The position numbers were made by a program, and so were the translations under genes. A DNA stretch of 63,828 nucleotides, filler included, from Blastocystis sp. subtype 4 (Eukaryota): the NCBI RefSeq assembly GCF_000743755.1. It is 18 parts of 18 records of this genome, joined end to end, with 100 filler letters (N's around TTAATTAATTAA, not from the genome) between each part and the next. Parts side by side here need not be neighbours in the genome. Positions count along the whole stretch, not along the records: positions 25,906 to 29,050 come from NW_014568958.1; positions 29,151 to 32,273 come from NW_014568957.1; positions 32,374 to 35,494 come from NW_014568956.1; positions 35,595 to 38,702 come from NW_014568955.1; positions 38,803 to 41,908 come from NW_014568954.1; 13 more parts are not named here. One strand, given 5' to 3'. Shown here piece by piece: positions 27,501-39,757 of this stretch (positions are counted from its first letter, which is position 1; each line of letters opens with the position of its first letter). The notes under the pieces are model-generated. The model was not told where the DNA came from and ran no database searches. It saw nothing but the letters and a program-made list of their open reading frames with translations.

Positions 27501-28870
27501 ATGAGTAATATCGATTATCCCATCGTCTTGTCTACTTTTATTTGCATCTTCACTCGTAGAAGTCAGTTTGATATAGACCCGTCAACAATTATCCGTCAAG
27601 CACTAGATGCCCTCCAAATTAACTCTGTTCCATGCCAAGACGATGCTGAAATGGAACAGCTAAATACTCGAGTTTTTGCGTGTGAGTGTATTCTTAAAGG
27701 TCCATTTCCGCTCAGCAGCGATCAACAGAGAGTATACAAAGATCGATTGAATCATCTTGCTTCTTTGCATCCGAAATCATATACGATAAATGACTATCCT
27801 AAAGCTATTGAGTTTTGGAACATGGTTGACAGAATGAGGGATGATTTCTTGTCTCGGGATTCGAATAATAATATACAGTACTATATAGATGGGCCTGAGT
27901 GCATTGTTTGTTCATTCAATCCTTGTGTGCCTTTTTGTTTCCATGTCATCTACTAAAGGCACAAAGGCATCATCAGAATCTGCACTGAAGCAGCGTTCTG
28001 ACCGCCGTCCAAGTAGATCATGACAGAAACAGTTCTTATTATAGATTTAAAGTTTGGAGCACCTGTAACATTGAATTTGAATGAGCTGATTCGAAAAGCC
28101 GAAAAGGAAAAGAAAAGTACACCAAAGATTACTCTGTTGAGTTCTAGAAGTTCACACTAATGGAGAGAGGATAAGATCTTCTGTTCCAGAGGACAAGTTT
28201 CATGGTATACCAACTCTCGATAACTCTGTGACATCTTCTATTGTCCCTTTAGTTGAATATACAAATCCTCCAGTTACTGAAATCAACAAGACTTCTGGCA
28301 TCCAAAATGAACTTCTTCCTAGCCCCATTCCAAGTGCTGCGGATGGAGAGGAACTTCCAATACGGATTGCAACATTTATTCCTGAGAATAATGTAGTTCG
28401 AAGTGTGATTCGTTAAAAGTAGACTCTATTACGGGATCTGGTTTTTGCATACTTGAAAAGCATGGTGAAACTAATTGGACTCATGTTTAAGCGAGATGAG
28501 GAGAAAGCGAGAAAGAATCGTCGAATTATTACAGGATTAAAAGAAACGATTCACTATGTGAAATTTAATAAGGCTCAGTAACAGATATGATTTGCTTTGA
28601 ACCTAGATTGGTTTGTATAGCAGAAGATGTGCTTGACACACCTGATAAAGGAATCTCCAAGCTAATTTCAACGATCTCTCAGCACTGTTCTGAGAATAAC
28701 ATTCCTCTTGTTCAGTGCTTTCGACGACGCAAGCTTGCACGGACATACAAAAGAGGACAGGCCATGTCATGCTTTACAATCCTCAAAGGACCATCTGCCG
28801 TGAATGTGGAATGGAAGTCGCTTCAGCCCCAGTTAGAGTTATTTTGTAGTAAACATCCACTTCTTACGTG
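27501..28870 (+). CDS. SECIS-binding protein 2-like (L7Ae domain) protein; stop probably completed by polyadenylation
   Basis: 'KARKNRRIITGLKETIHYVKFNKAQ|LVCIAED...CSENNIPLVQCFRRRKLAR' resembles the SBP2 L7Ae region. In-frame TG at 28869-28870 is separated from TGTTTGTT (28875) by 4 nt. Joining of the 5' exons is uncertain. Confidence 0.6.
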
Positions 28871-29150
28871 TTATTGTTTGTTGTCCGAATCATTGGTGCT
28901 TGAAGAAATATGAACCATGATCATCTTGCTACTTATCACTGCTACGATTCTGCTCATGCTATTCATGGATATAATGAAAGAGTACCAACTAATCGAAACA
29001 CAATCAGAAATGAGGAAACAGAACTGTGTCTTAGGTCGCCAAGTATGCAANNNNNNNNNNNNNNNNNNNNNNNNNNNNNNNNNNNNNNNNNNNNTTAATT
29101 AATTAANNNNNNNNNNNNNNNNNNNNNNNNNNNNNNNNNNNNNNNNNNNN

Positions 29151-29239
29151 TGTTGAAGAAGATCCCTGCTGACATTCTGGATGAGTTCTATGCGCGCAAG
29201 GGAGTAGAGGCTCCTGAGGTGGACGAGAAGGAGGAATAG
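29151..29239 (+). CDS. V-type ATPase subunit B, C-terminal fragment (probable)
   Basis: LKKIPADILDEFYARK...* resembles the 'LKRIP...L.EFY.R' terminus of subunit B; short evidence only. Confidence 0.6.
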
Positions 29240-29344
29240 AGTGTTTTTTTAACTGTTTGTTGGAATGAAGAGAAGGGAAAACTGGTATGAAATGTAGGTA
29301 GCTAAGTACAATTCCACCGCATCACTGACTAGTAAACAAACAAC

Positions 29345-30420
29345 TCATTTCGGTATGGTATAATGAATAGTTTTAGGGAAAATGACAAAAACAGCATAAC
29401 AGAGATCACAGACTCGTTGCCGAGAATCATCTGGTTTCCAACTAATTCGATTGGTGGAACACCGAGAACAAATCACTCGTCCACACCACCGACAATGACT
29501 ACATAAGAAAGTTATCACATCACCTACTGTTTCCTATTCCATCGAGTGAACTGGACTCCACAACATGGACAATGAGAATAAAGCTGATCTGGAGCCCAAT
29601 TCTGAATGTTCAATCCTTCTTCCAGAAAGCCACAGACGCGATTCACCAATATAGAGAGTGACTCACAAATCTCCTTTGTCACATTTTCAGGGATAGGAGT
29701 AGAACTTGATGTGAAAGTCATCATATCCATAGCCATCTGGATAAAATGTAGGAAGGTAAGAAGCGAATAGCTGGGAACTACTTCAATGGAGGGAGGACAG
29801 CGAGGCGAAACCAAAGCTGAGGTTGGAATGATGTTCTACGTATGACTAATGGAAGACAAGAGTACATCCATCGCCAACACATTCTCCACATCACTGTTAT
29901 CATCGTTCCCACAGAACGCAATGCGATATCCGTCAATCAAGAGTCTTTGATCGTCAGTTAACTCTTCTTCATTTAATGTCTGAATGAAATCATTAATCCA
30001 TTTGTTCAGATCGATGATAGCTTCTTGTTGATTGTCCTAGACTCAACAGTCAGTACTTAGGGATACACTCAATTTTTGGAGATGTTGAATGGATTCATTT
30101 CGTCGAACAACCTTTTGTTCCAATTCCTTCATGCGTATCTTCGATTAAGTAGGATTCTTGTGCGTACCGTTAACGAACGGATCTGTTCTCCATTCCCGAC
30201 GCTTATCTCAAGCATACGACTTAGGTTGGCTTTGTCCTTTTGATCCTTTTCTGGCTGCTCTGGAACGGGATTCAAGGATTCCTTATCTTTGCTTTGTGAC
30301 TCCCGAACCTGCTGTAGATAATTAATTCTGTTAGAGTACTCAGAAATACTCTCTTGCATCTTCAGGATGTCTGCATCTCGTTGATGCAAGAGCAACTACA
30401 TTATTATTAAAAAGATGTGT
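29345..30420 (-). CDS. Coiled-coil + FYVE zinc-finger protein (start uncertain)
   Basis: WAPD..CPCC...RWNRK, intron, HCRWCGRVICSRCS...RVCDLC; upstream coiled-coil exons. Confidence 0.75.
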
Positions 30421-31450
30421 GTCTACAATGAGTTCGTCTTTACTGAGTGAGTTATAGTCGATTTGTTGTTGTGCATAGTCAATCAAATCATCCGATGATA
30501 GTGGACTACTATTGCATTAAAGGTCTATATCAATCATCTACAACAATTCATCCATGGGTAATGATATACAGACAGGGACGAAATCCGTCATTCAATCTAT
30601 ACACATTATCTTCATCCAATATACGTACATCTACGTGAATTAACAAGCCAACTGGCACGATTAAGGCTTTTGTTGGCAATTACTTGATCAAGTTACTCAA
30701 TTCCCGCGGTATAGAGTAATGTGTGGCATGCACTTAAAACCAGTAGTCTGCGGGGATTTATGTGCTTTATCATTCTCGTCATTTTAACATTCTTTTAATG
30801 GTGATCAGATTCTTTGTATATCTACAGGCAGATGCTGTTCATTTTAGGTTTCTAGATAATGAGACTGATACATCCCGCAGTTCATGTTTACCATTCTAAC
30901 ATATTGGTATAGTTCAATATTAGAACAAACAAATATAATATATTACAACCAATTCCTCAATAGGGAACACAATACGAAACAAGAATTATGTCTATACTAT
31001 ATTTCACAAGGTGTATATTTTCACTCTAGATTTACCATTATGATATACCGATATCTTGATTATATCTTCATATCTTTAATTAATAAGGCATTTTCATCCG
31101 CATTTAACAATATATGCGATTTCATATATCAGTAGCCCCTATTCTCCCATAGTATTTCTAGTAGAGAAATCGGGGCCAATAATTCAACACTCATACAAGT
31201 ATTTCTTGCAGAGAACGTAGGCGGGTCATACTCAATACAGTATTTCTGAAGGAAGTATAGCCGAGGCCACACATTTCAATACAATCAACATAAGACCACT
31301 GGCATGTTCGCCCTTAGTTTTGGGAAAGATATTACTAACTTGTACTTGTTCCTTGCTCTTTAGCATAAAATGATAACGAAAACTAAAATGAGAATGAATC
31401 CAGCTACTTGAATCATTCACCCATATCCAATCATAATCAGAGGATATGCT

Positions 31451-31814
31451 ATGGATCCCCGCGGATTCATCACTCCAGCGTTTGATGGGTTCTTTCAGGT
31501 TGCGTTATAGGACATGCAGGTATCTCCAATGTCTGCAGCGGATCAGGCTGCAATCGATAAAAGACTTACCTTTATGGAAGTGAAGGATATGGCAGTGTAG
31601 TCGTTGTGCATGGAATGTGATATTCAGAACAGCAAATAAGGTTGTCGAGATGTGTTTCCGAGACTGTGCCAAGAACTTCCGTTCGAAGGAACTTGATAAG
31701 AAGGAATCCGATTGTATTCGGAATTGCGCTGGCAAATACATGGAACTTACAAACCGAATTTATCGTCGATACCAGGAAATCCAGACATCGAACAGTACTC
31801 CGACAACACAGTAA
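31451..31814 (+). CDS. TIM9: Small Tim chaperone, Tim9-like
   Basis: Twin CX3C: CFRDC...KELDKKESDCIRNCAGKY...RYQE. Start approximate. Confidence 0.75.
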
Positions 31815-32186
31815 TTCCTTTACATTTTTGTTCAAAATACATTGTTTGTTTCTTTATGAAATGGTTCTTGCTACTTGAGATATCACGATTAATGGTGAGA
31901 ATGATGCTTGCTAGGGTGCTCAGATGATTGATAACATTGTTATAAAACAATACACATCCTATCGTTACAAAATCTATTATAGGACACAACTAGGTACTGT
32001 ATCGTATTTGACGATTCCTGGAACTTCATTAATGAGTATTCCAGGAACGATCCTCAGAAAACGTGGAAATGATGTGACACGACCAAATATATTCTATAGA
32101 AAGTATTGGATAATTTTAAAAACAAGATTCTGCCGTGGACCATTCCTTATTATTCACAATTCTTTCTTAGCAAATCCCTTAGCACC

Positions 32187-32273
32187 ATGGGTAAGAAGCA
32201 GGATCGTCGTCTCACTTTCTGGCAGAACTTCATTGCTGGAGGTATTGCTGGAGTTGGTTCTCGTACTTTCACG
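32187..32273 (+). CDS. Mitochondrial carrier family protein, N-terminal fragment
   Basis: 'NFIAGGIAGVGSRTFT' matches carrier helix 1; truncated by the gap. Confidence 0.75.
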
Positions 32274-32373
32274 NNNNNNNNNNNNNNNNNNNNNNNNNNN
32301 NNNNNNNNNNNNNNNNNTTAATTAATTAANNNNNNNNNNNNNNNNNNNNNNNNNNNNNNNNNNNNNNNNNNNN

Positions 32374-32601
32374 CATAGCGATTATGTCAGCTAGAGTATA
32401 ATATCCTTTCTCAAATACTACAGATTCTCCTTTATCATTAGATACAGTATTGGTTTGATCGATGTTTGAAAAGAGTGAATCTGAATTTGGTGTTAATAGT
32501 ATTTTGATGATAGTAATGTATGGATTGTTGAAACGATAAGGATTATCCCATGTGAATGATCCATTTGATGGTTTGCCTTGAATGATTATTGAATAATGCA
32601 T
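32374..32601 (-). CDS. Possible Polinton-like-virus minor capsid (penton)-like ORF, N-terminal fragment
   Basis: Intronless, beta-rich, with 'VVFEKGYYTLADII' resembling the G-x-Y-x-x-x-D-I motif of PLV/Polinton pentons. Only 76 aa visible. Confidence 0.35.
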
Positions 32602-34673
32602 TTACTTTAACAACAAATTATTTGTGCTACATTCATACCCATGATTTGACTTGAAATGGGTTGGATATGTGTTCCAAATTATGATCAAAATGTCTGCCTT
32701 TTCGAGCTTCTTTATGGGCCTTTTTGTCTGCATTTTACTGGCGTTTTTGTCTGGTAGGGTTAAGCGTGTATAGCTACCCAGGGTTGGAGGCCCATGTTTG
32801 CGACGGTTTTTCTGGTTGTAAACAATACGTATCATGCTTCAGATTACTACTAATTCTAACAGTCAACAAGCTTCGTATCAACGGTCATTTCGTGAACTCG
32901 ATAATTCGTCCTGGACATACTCCAACTCCTTCACTCCTTTGTTACAGGTTTCAGTTCTCGTCATTCATACTCCTTCTTCACTTTAGACACTGGCCTGGCT
33001 AAATCGGGATAACTCTCCTCATTTCTCAAAACTCCGCTACCTACTCCCTCTAATATTCGGCTCATTCTTTGACTCTACTTTTCTTACAGCTAGTCTCCAT
33101 AATTCTTCTCTTCGTCTCTGGCCATGCTACTAAACATCCCCAACCATCCTCGTCTATACCGCTCACCTTCGATTGTTATTCATCTCGTCCCTAGTTCTTC
33201 GTCCTTGGACCTTATTCTTTACCCCCTCACTTACTTCCTTGGTCGTGGCTCCTAGTATTGCTGCTCTCAATGCTTATTGGTCTTTGCCTTAAACCTTCCA
33301 TTGTTTCGATGTGGTTCCTGTCTTTGCCTCTTAAACATACTACTACCAATCATTCTTCACCTTGCTTTGTGATTGTATTATCGATCAATGGCTCTTTGCT
33401 TCCCTCCACCCTTAGCTCTTCACATTGGCTCTTTAGTTTTCAAGTTGGCTCATTACATTGTTATTGCCAATGGTTCTGGTCATTCGTCCTTAGCTTATCG
33501 GATCTTAGTGTTGGTTTTGGGTTTTAACTCTTGACCCTTGTTTCTTGAGCTTTGGCTCGTACTCTTGGTTTTGGTCTTGAAACCAGCTCTTTGAGTCTTT
33601 GGTCTTGACTCATTCTTCTTGGTCCTAGATCCTTCATTTTGGATAGATATCTCATGTAACCAATGGTTCTTGGCTTTACCTTCAACCTTAGTGCTTTCAT
33701 TTCTCATTTCTCAAATTCATTCTTTATTCTTTATACTGGTTCTTGATTCTTTAGTTCTTCAATGGACTCTTCATTCTTATATCTTGATACTCATTCACTA
33801 TGTTTGGCTATTAACCAACTTCTTGGTTTTGCCTTGAGTCTTGGCTTATTTGTCTCAAATTATATTATTCTTCAAGGTTCGTCGTTACTTCAACCAAGTT
33901 ATTCTTCTCATCTTTCAAATCTGTATATAACCTACATAACTGTATTCGTCCTTTTATCCTGTATCTCTTTATGTACCCTTATACCCAACAAAACACATTC
34001 ATCTATTATAGGAGATTCAAATCAATGCCCCTATATCTTTTCCTCTTCTATTCTCCTCAATAATCTTATCTATTACCAACCTAATCATCTTAGGATGCTT
34101 TTCACTTCTTCATTCGTTCTTTAAGTCATCCGCTTCAATGATGAATCACCACTTCATTCACTTGTTGATAGTACACAATCAGATTCACACTACCTCATTC
34201 ATAGACTTGATTGTTCTTGACTTTCCCGAGGGGACATCTTCATCTTATCAACCTCTAATCTTCTATTCTTATGCTTCTCTATCATCTACAACTATCTTCT
34301 CTTGTGATGATTCTGGTATTCATCATCTATTCTCATTCACACAATGTCTCTTTGAGAACGGTGTCTCATCCACATACTCGGTCACCATTAGGATGTAACT
34401 CCTGAAGGTGAAATGGTACCATTCTTAGGGAAACTTCGTGTTGTCAGGGTGTATGGTTGATTTCATGAAGAAATCACCCTACTATTCTTCAACAGGAATA
34501 GTGGTTGGGTTCATGAGCTGTCAATCAATCACTCGAGACTTGGACCACTTGGGAACTAGTCCGAGGCCTTATGGTATGGACGTTAAGTGCCCTCTAGGGC
34601 ATCTAAGTAGTGTTTATAGTGTATAACAACCCCAACTATTATTCTCATTATCAACAAACACTTCAGTATTCCC

Positions 34674-35494
34674 CTACATTTGCAGATACTCACTCTCCTG
34701 TCGAATGAACTGATCCAGAGAATCAGCATCTCATTCATTAACAATCAGTCAATCGTACTTGAACTATGCAATTCTCTTACCTTTCCAAATGATTTCCATC
34801 TATTTTCTTTCAGGTCAATTCCTTCTTCACTCAGTGATGGAATGTCTAATTCAAATTCAATCATCAATCATCACTATCCAATTGAACTTTGCCTATACAA
34901 TAGAAATTGTTACTATCTCCTTTGAATGTAGTCAGAGAAGGGAGATCTAATCAATCAATCATTATCGTTCATACTCTTCATAATCAATTCATTCGATTCA
35001 ATAGTACCACATTTACTAGTAAAAGCCCCCAATTTAAGAGTAATAGATTGAAGTCGAATCAGATCTCATTCATCATTCATTCAATCATTCATACTATCAA
35101 ATACTATCCGTTGACAATTGCAGAATACATAATCATCCAATTGAATAGATATCAGAGAAGGGAGATTCTTCAATTCAAATGAGTCATAGAACTCTAATGT
35201 TTCTTTTCCAATATGGATTTCTCTCAATTGATCACAATTCATTATCAAACATTTGCTCTCCTTTCGATTACCAATCATAAATCGAGGCACATTTCTAAAG
35301 CAACCATATCCGATGATGATAGTCTCCAATTCATTCAATCCATCAATCACAAATCGACTCACTTTCGTAAAACAATCATTTCCAATGTCAATTCGTTTCA
35401 ATGATATCAATGAATTGTTCAATATCAATGATGATATATCAGGATTGAAATGATCATCAATAATCAGAGATTCAATACAACTAGTAACAATCAA
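34674..35494 (-). CDS. MORN/LRR family protein, 3' part
   Basis: Begins with sequence almost identical to positions 7-80 and has the same intron pattern. TAG at 34674-34676; TGTTTGTT (minus strand) at 34653-34660. Confidence 0.72.
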
Positions 35495-35594
35495 NNNNNN
35501 NNNNNNNNNNNNNNNNNNNNNNNNNNNNNNNNNNNNNNTTAATTAATTAANNNNNNNNNNNNNNNNNNNNNNNNNNNNNNNNNNNNNNNNNNNN

Positions 35595-36168
35595 AGGAAC
35601 AAATCGGAGATTGTTGATACTGAGAGCAATGAGAGACAATGTTGGATATCCCTCACTAACCAGATTCATCAATCCTCCCTTGTTCCTACCCTCGATACCA
35701 ATCATATTGAAACGATACATGTGATTGAATCGAATATGACACAGATCATCATGAGATGACACAGATTGATATTCTTCTTCAGTGATGAGACCTACATCAG
35801 AGAGGAAGTGTTGAATGTCTTTAGGATGCATTCCATTACAACCATCATCATCAATAGGAGCACATTCCTTAATGAAATCGAAAGAGGCTGCCTCTGCTGC
35901 CTCTTGAATCGCGTGGAACATTGATGAGAGATCATGTAGGATTGAAGTTGAGGATGAGTTGAACACAAGTGGCGTGAATGAATGTGAGGATTGAAGAAGG
36001 ATCGTTGGAATATGAATAAGAATAGGATATAATGTAGATACAAGAATAGGATCATTCCAAGTCACAATTGAAGTTCAAAAACAGATTGATTGATTTCAGC
36101 ATAGAAAGCAGGAAGAATGATTCCTCGATAATCAGAAGAAGAATAGGATTGAATTAATATCGATGCCA
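35595..36168 (-). pseudogene. Degenerate papain (C1A)-like fragment
   Basis: 'CAPIDDDGCNGMHP...GLITEEEY' echoes the C1A 'C...GCNGG...G+..E..Y' pattern. No catalytic CGSCW seen; 5' part interrupted. Confidence 0.35.
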
Positions 36169-36791
36169 TTTCAAATTGCTTAGCTAAAACTTCTCTTCGT
36201 AGATAATAGTTATTTCTACATTCAAATACCAATAACTCAGTTACCTTTATGTTTCTAAGCTAATTATTATAATGATAAACCTCCAAATATTACTTTGCCA
36301 ATTACAATAGTCTCTTATATTTACGACTTTCTGAGTACGAAAATGCTGAAGCATTATATTAGGAATAATAAATGCCTATTCCTGGCTTCGATAGTGGATT
36401 TACGAATTGTCTTGTGTTTTCCTTATATATATTAATACAGTTGCTAATTGTTAATTGAAACCTGCTAATATATCGAAATAGGGTTCATTCTAGGACAACC
36501 ACCTATTATGATTTTCCTTTCTTCTTTAAGCTCAGTATAGCAATATAGATCGTTTTGAACACTAATTACTCTTTCCTACATCTCTCCTTCCAACTACCGA
36601 AAACAGTTTCTGTATTTTTTACCATTTATATTCCTTGAAACCCATCAATTTCAATATCATTATCTCGTTATTATATCACTTCTTCTTAGTACCACTTCCT
36701 CCTTGATAACCAATAGAATCACTAGTCATGCATTCTATTAGAGTTCTTTTCCCTATATAGGAAAACTATTGTGTCACATTGTGGCTATTTG

Positions 36792-38702
36792 ATGCGTAGA
36801 GTCTTTGCAATATTTGCACTCTGTACTGTATTCATCGACATGGTGACGATTAGTTTCTCTCTCACTTGCCCTTGAATGTTCAAGTGGCGAAGTCTACTTC
36901 AAATTTACAAAGAAAACTACGACTTCAGCGAACAGAGAATCATTTGAGATTCTCTCTGGAACTGATTCTCTTTATACATCTCCCTCGCTAACAAATAACC
37001 AGGAACGTGTTTTAGAAGTTTGTATTCCACAGACTACAAACAATCAATATACTCTACGAATGTGCACCACATCTTCATATTGGGCGAATGGTGCCTGGCT
37101 TATGATAGATGGAATCAATGGTAATCGGGTGTTCAAAGGAATGATGACTACAAGTGGTAATCAGACGCAACCGTTGTCTCTGTATTCTCCCATCAACAAG
37201 GGTGAAACTTGGAGGTACACTGCAAATGTTTTAGAAGGCTGGAAGGATGTCAGTTTTACGGATAGTGATTGGACTGAGATCTCACTTGGAATTACGGGTA
37301 TGTCTGTAACAGATACTCAGTACTTCCGTAAGTCGTTTGCTGGATTGAGTGGAATGGCTGCTATTGAATTCCAACTCAAGTATCGTTATGGAATTGTTGC
37401 TTATATCAATGGAAATGAAGTGTATCGTGATAATATGGCTGATGGAGAACCTACAAGCTCTACATTGGCTACAGGAGGCTATTCAATCTACGACTATCGT
37501 GGAGTGATTCGTCCTTCCACTGTGGCTGAGAGTACTTCAAGTGTGTTGGCTGTTGAAGTCCATTTTGATACAACAGGGATTTCTCGCTTTCTATGCTGGT
37601 ATAGACGATACAAATCCTTGTTTTGTTGTTCCTAATGATGTCACAGCAACTGGTACAGGTTTCACCAATCCTGCGAATGCCTTCTCATGGTCATATTCCT
37701 CCTCATCGTCATTTTCTGGTGCCTCTGGATCCCTCACTGCAGAGTTGCAGGGTCCTTCGCTTCCAGTCGTGAATTCGATCCGAATCTGGCCCTATACAAG
37801 TCCCACAACACATGCTTCTCTCTTTACGATTGAAGGAACAATGTTTCGGTCAACTGAATGGAATGTGATCATGGAGGTTGAAGGAGGCAGTTATTCATCT
37901 AGTCAGTGGACACAGTGGGATACAATCACCTATGTCAATCATGGTTATTCATCAGTGCGATTAACAACTGAAAAGACTGGAACTTCAAGTGTCTATGTGA
38001 ATGAACTCCAGTTCCTTGTTTGTGCTCGTTCAATTCCTTCATTCGTTGAATATCCTGCTTCATCATATGAATATCTGAGGAAATATGAGAGTGTTAGAAT
38101 TGTTCCTGTGATGTATGGGTACTCTGATTGTTCAATCTCTCCTTCTCTGCCCAGTGGTGTTAGTATTGATCCTAACACTTGTATCATATCAGGAATATCA
38201 ACTGTAACAGGAACTCAGCTCTATACAATCACTTCATCACTAATGAATCATTCCATTACTGGTACACTCACACTCTCTTTCACAGATTGTGATGGTACTC
38301 TCTACAAAATCGTTCGAACATATAAAACCAGTCCTCAGAATGAATTCTTTAGAATACGGAATTCTTATGATGACACACTCTTGTTTGAACTTGAAGCAGG
38401 TCATTCTCATCCTGCTAGTCGGGATTGGACTCAGTATCTCTGTATGACAGTGGATCGATTTGATGTCACCTTGGATAGTACATCAAAGTATTGGATACCA
38501 AACTCCTATTTCTATTTGTATGCTATGTTGCCTGATGGTGAAGAGGAGATGGTTCTGAAAGGACGATATGATGCCAATCAAGGCAATGTTCATACTCACT
38601 ATCTTCGTCGTCCTTCTATCAATCATTCAGAAGAATGGTATTATAAGATGGGTGAAGTGCCTACCAATTGGTTTGGTGATGATACATCAGGTTGGTCTCA
38701 GG
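36792..38702 (+). pseudogene. Large surface-protein family copy, apparently disrupted (3' truncated)
   Basis: Signal-like start MRRVFAIFALCTVF; modules shared with other copies. First intron lacks an obvious AG acceptor, and a frameshift near 37575 splits ORFs 37060-37635 and 37541-38702. Confidence 0.6.
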
Positions 38703-38802
38703 NNNNNNNNNNNNNNNNNNNNNNNNNNNNNNNNNNNNNNNNNNNNTTAATTAATTAANNNNNNNNNNNNNNNNNNNNNNNNNNNNNNNNNNNNNNNNNN
38801 NN

Positions 38803-38930
38803 TCCTTCTTTCTTTCTATCTACACACTTTATAAATAGGAAATAGATTAGATTATTCTTCTTAAATACCAAACCATTATCACCAGATGTAATGTATTCAA
38901 ATTCATGAAATGGATGATGCCATATGATGA
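38803..38930 (-). CDS. N-terminal fragment of a paralog of the 39758-40480 gene (inverted copy, truncated by gap)
   Basis: FEYITSGDNGLVFKKNNLIYFLFIKCVDRKKEG is identical to the 39758 protein; DNA is the near-exact reverse complement of about 39820-39920. Confidence 0.65.
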
Positions 38931-39047
38931 AATCATACTGAAATCCCAAGCAATTAGTGTTGAATTCATAATTACCAATTGATGACTGAACGTGACTATT
39001 CTTTCAAGCGATTTCAGCATGTATGAATCTATATTATTATTTATATT

Positions 39048-39350
39048 ATGTTTGGCATTAGTTCATTATTAGCTTCTGCTGGCGTTGGAACGATTACTGG
39101 CGTTCTTACAAATGCAGCAGGTGGAGCAGCAGCCTTGCTTGGTTTCGGTTCTCCTGGAATAGCTGCTGGTTCTGCGGCTGCTTCTGCTATGAGTGTTGCA
39201 TCAACAACTGGTCTTGGAACTGGTCTTGTATCTGCTGCTCAAAGTGCTGGAGCTCTCTTCGTTAATGCTGTCGGGGGTAGTACTATTATGGCTGCTGCTT
39301 CTGCTGCTGCTCCAGTTGTAGCAGTTGGAGCTGCGCTTCTGCTTCTTTAG
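39048..39350 (+). CDS. IFI27/ISG12 (Ifi-6-16)-like small hydrophobic protein
   Basis: 'LLGFGSPGIAAGSAAASAMS...GLVSAAQSAGA' matches the ISG12 pattern GF..GIAA.S.AA.MMS...G.LVA.LQS.GA. Confidence 0.7.
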   Translation: MFGISSLLASAGVGTITGVLTNAAGGAAALLGFGSPGIAAGSAAASAMSVASTTGLGTGLVSAAQSAGALFVNAVGGSTIMAAASAAAPVVAVGAALLLL

Positions 39351-39757
39351 GAAGTCAGCTACAATGATGAAGATTATATGAGTATTGATATTGTTATACT
39401 ATTGTGATTGACATATCTGTTTTCAAGTAATCAATCTATTTCAGGATATAATGTACCATACCCACAGTACACATGATTCAGTTCGAGAGACATCTGAAGG
39501 TCAGATTATCTTTCAGAAAGGAAGAAAAAACCTTCGTCAGTTGTCTTCTGTCATTCATTATCATTTTCTAGGCTAATAGGAAGTATAAATAGGACTGTAT
39601 TGACGATGCTATTGTCCATATCCTTGACTATTTTCATTGCATAGGTGTCAATTCAACTACTAATATAGAAACAAAACAACCAAATTAATTTACTGTCCAA
39701 TAATCGACGAATAATCGCGATTACTTGGTAATGAAAGCCATTATCAAATATCGAGTA

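Noticed and set aside
33000..34400. Idea that the purine-rich minus strand encodes a protein in an alternative genetic code
   Set aside because: In the part translated by eye I found no consistent frame or recognisable motif, and TGA as well as TAA/TAG interrupt it. Treated as non-coding.
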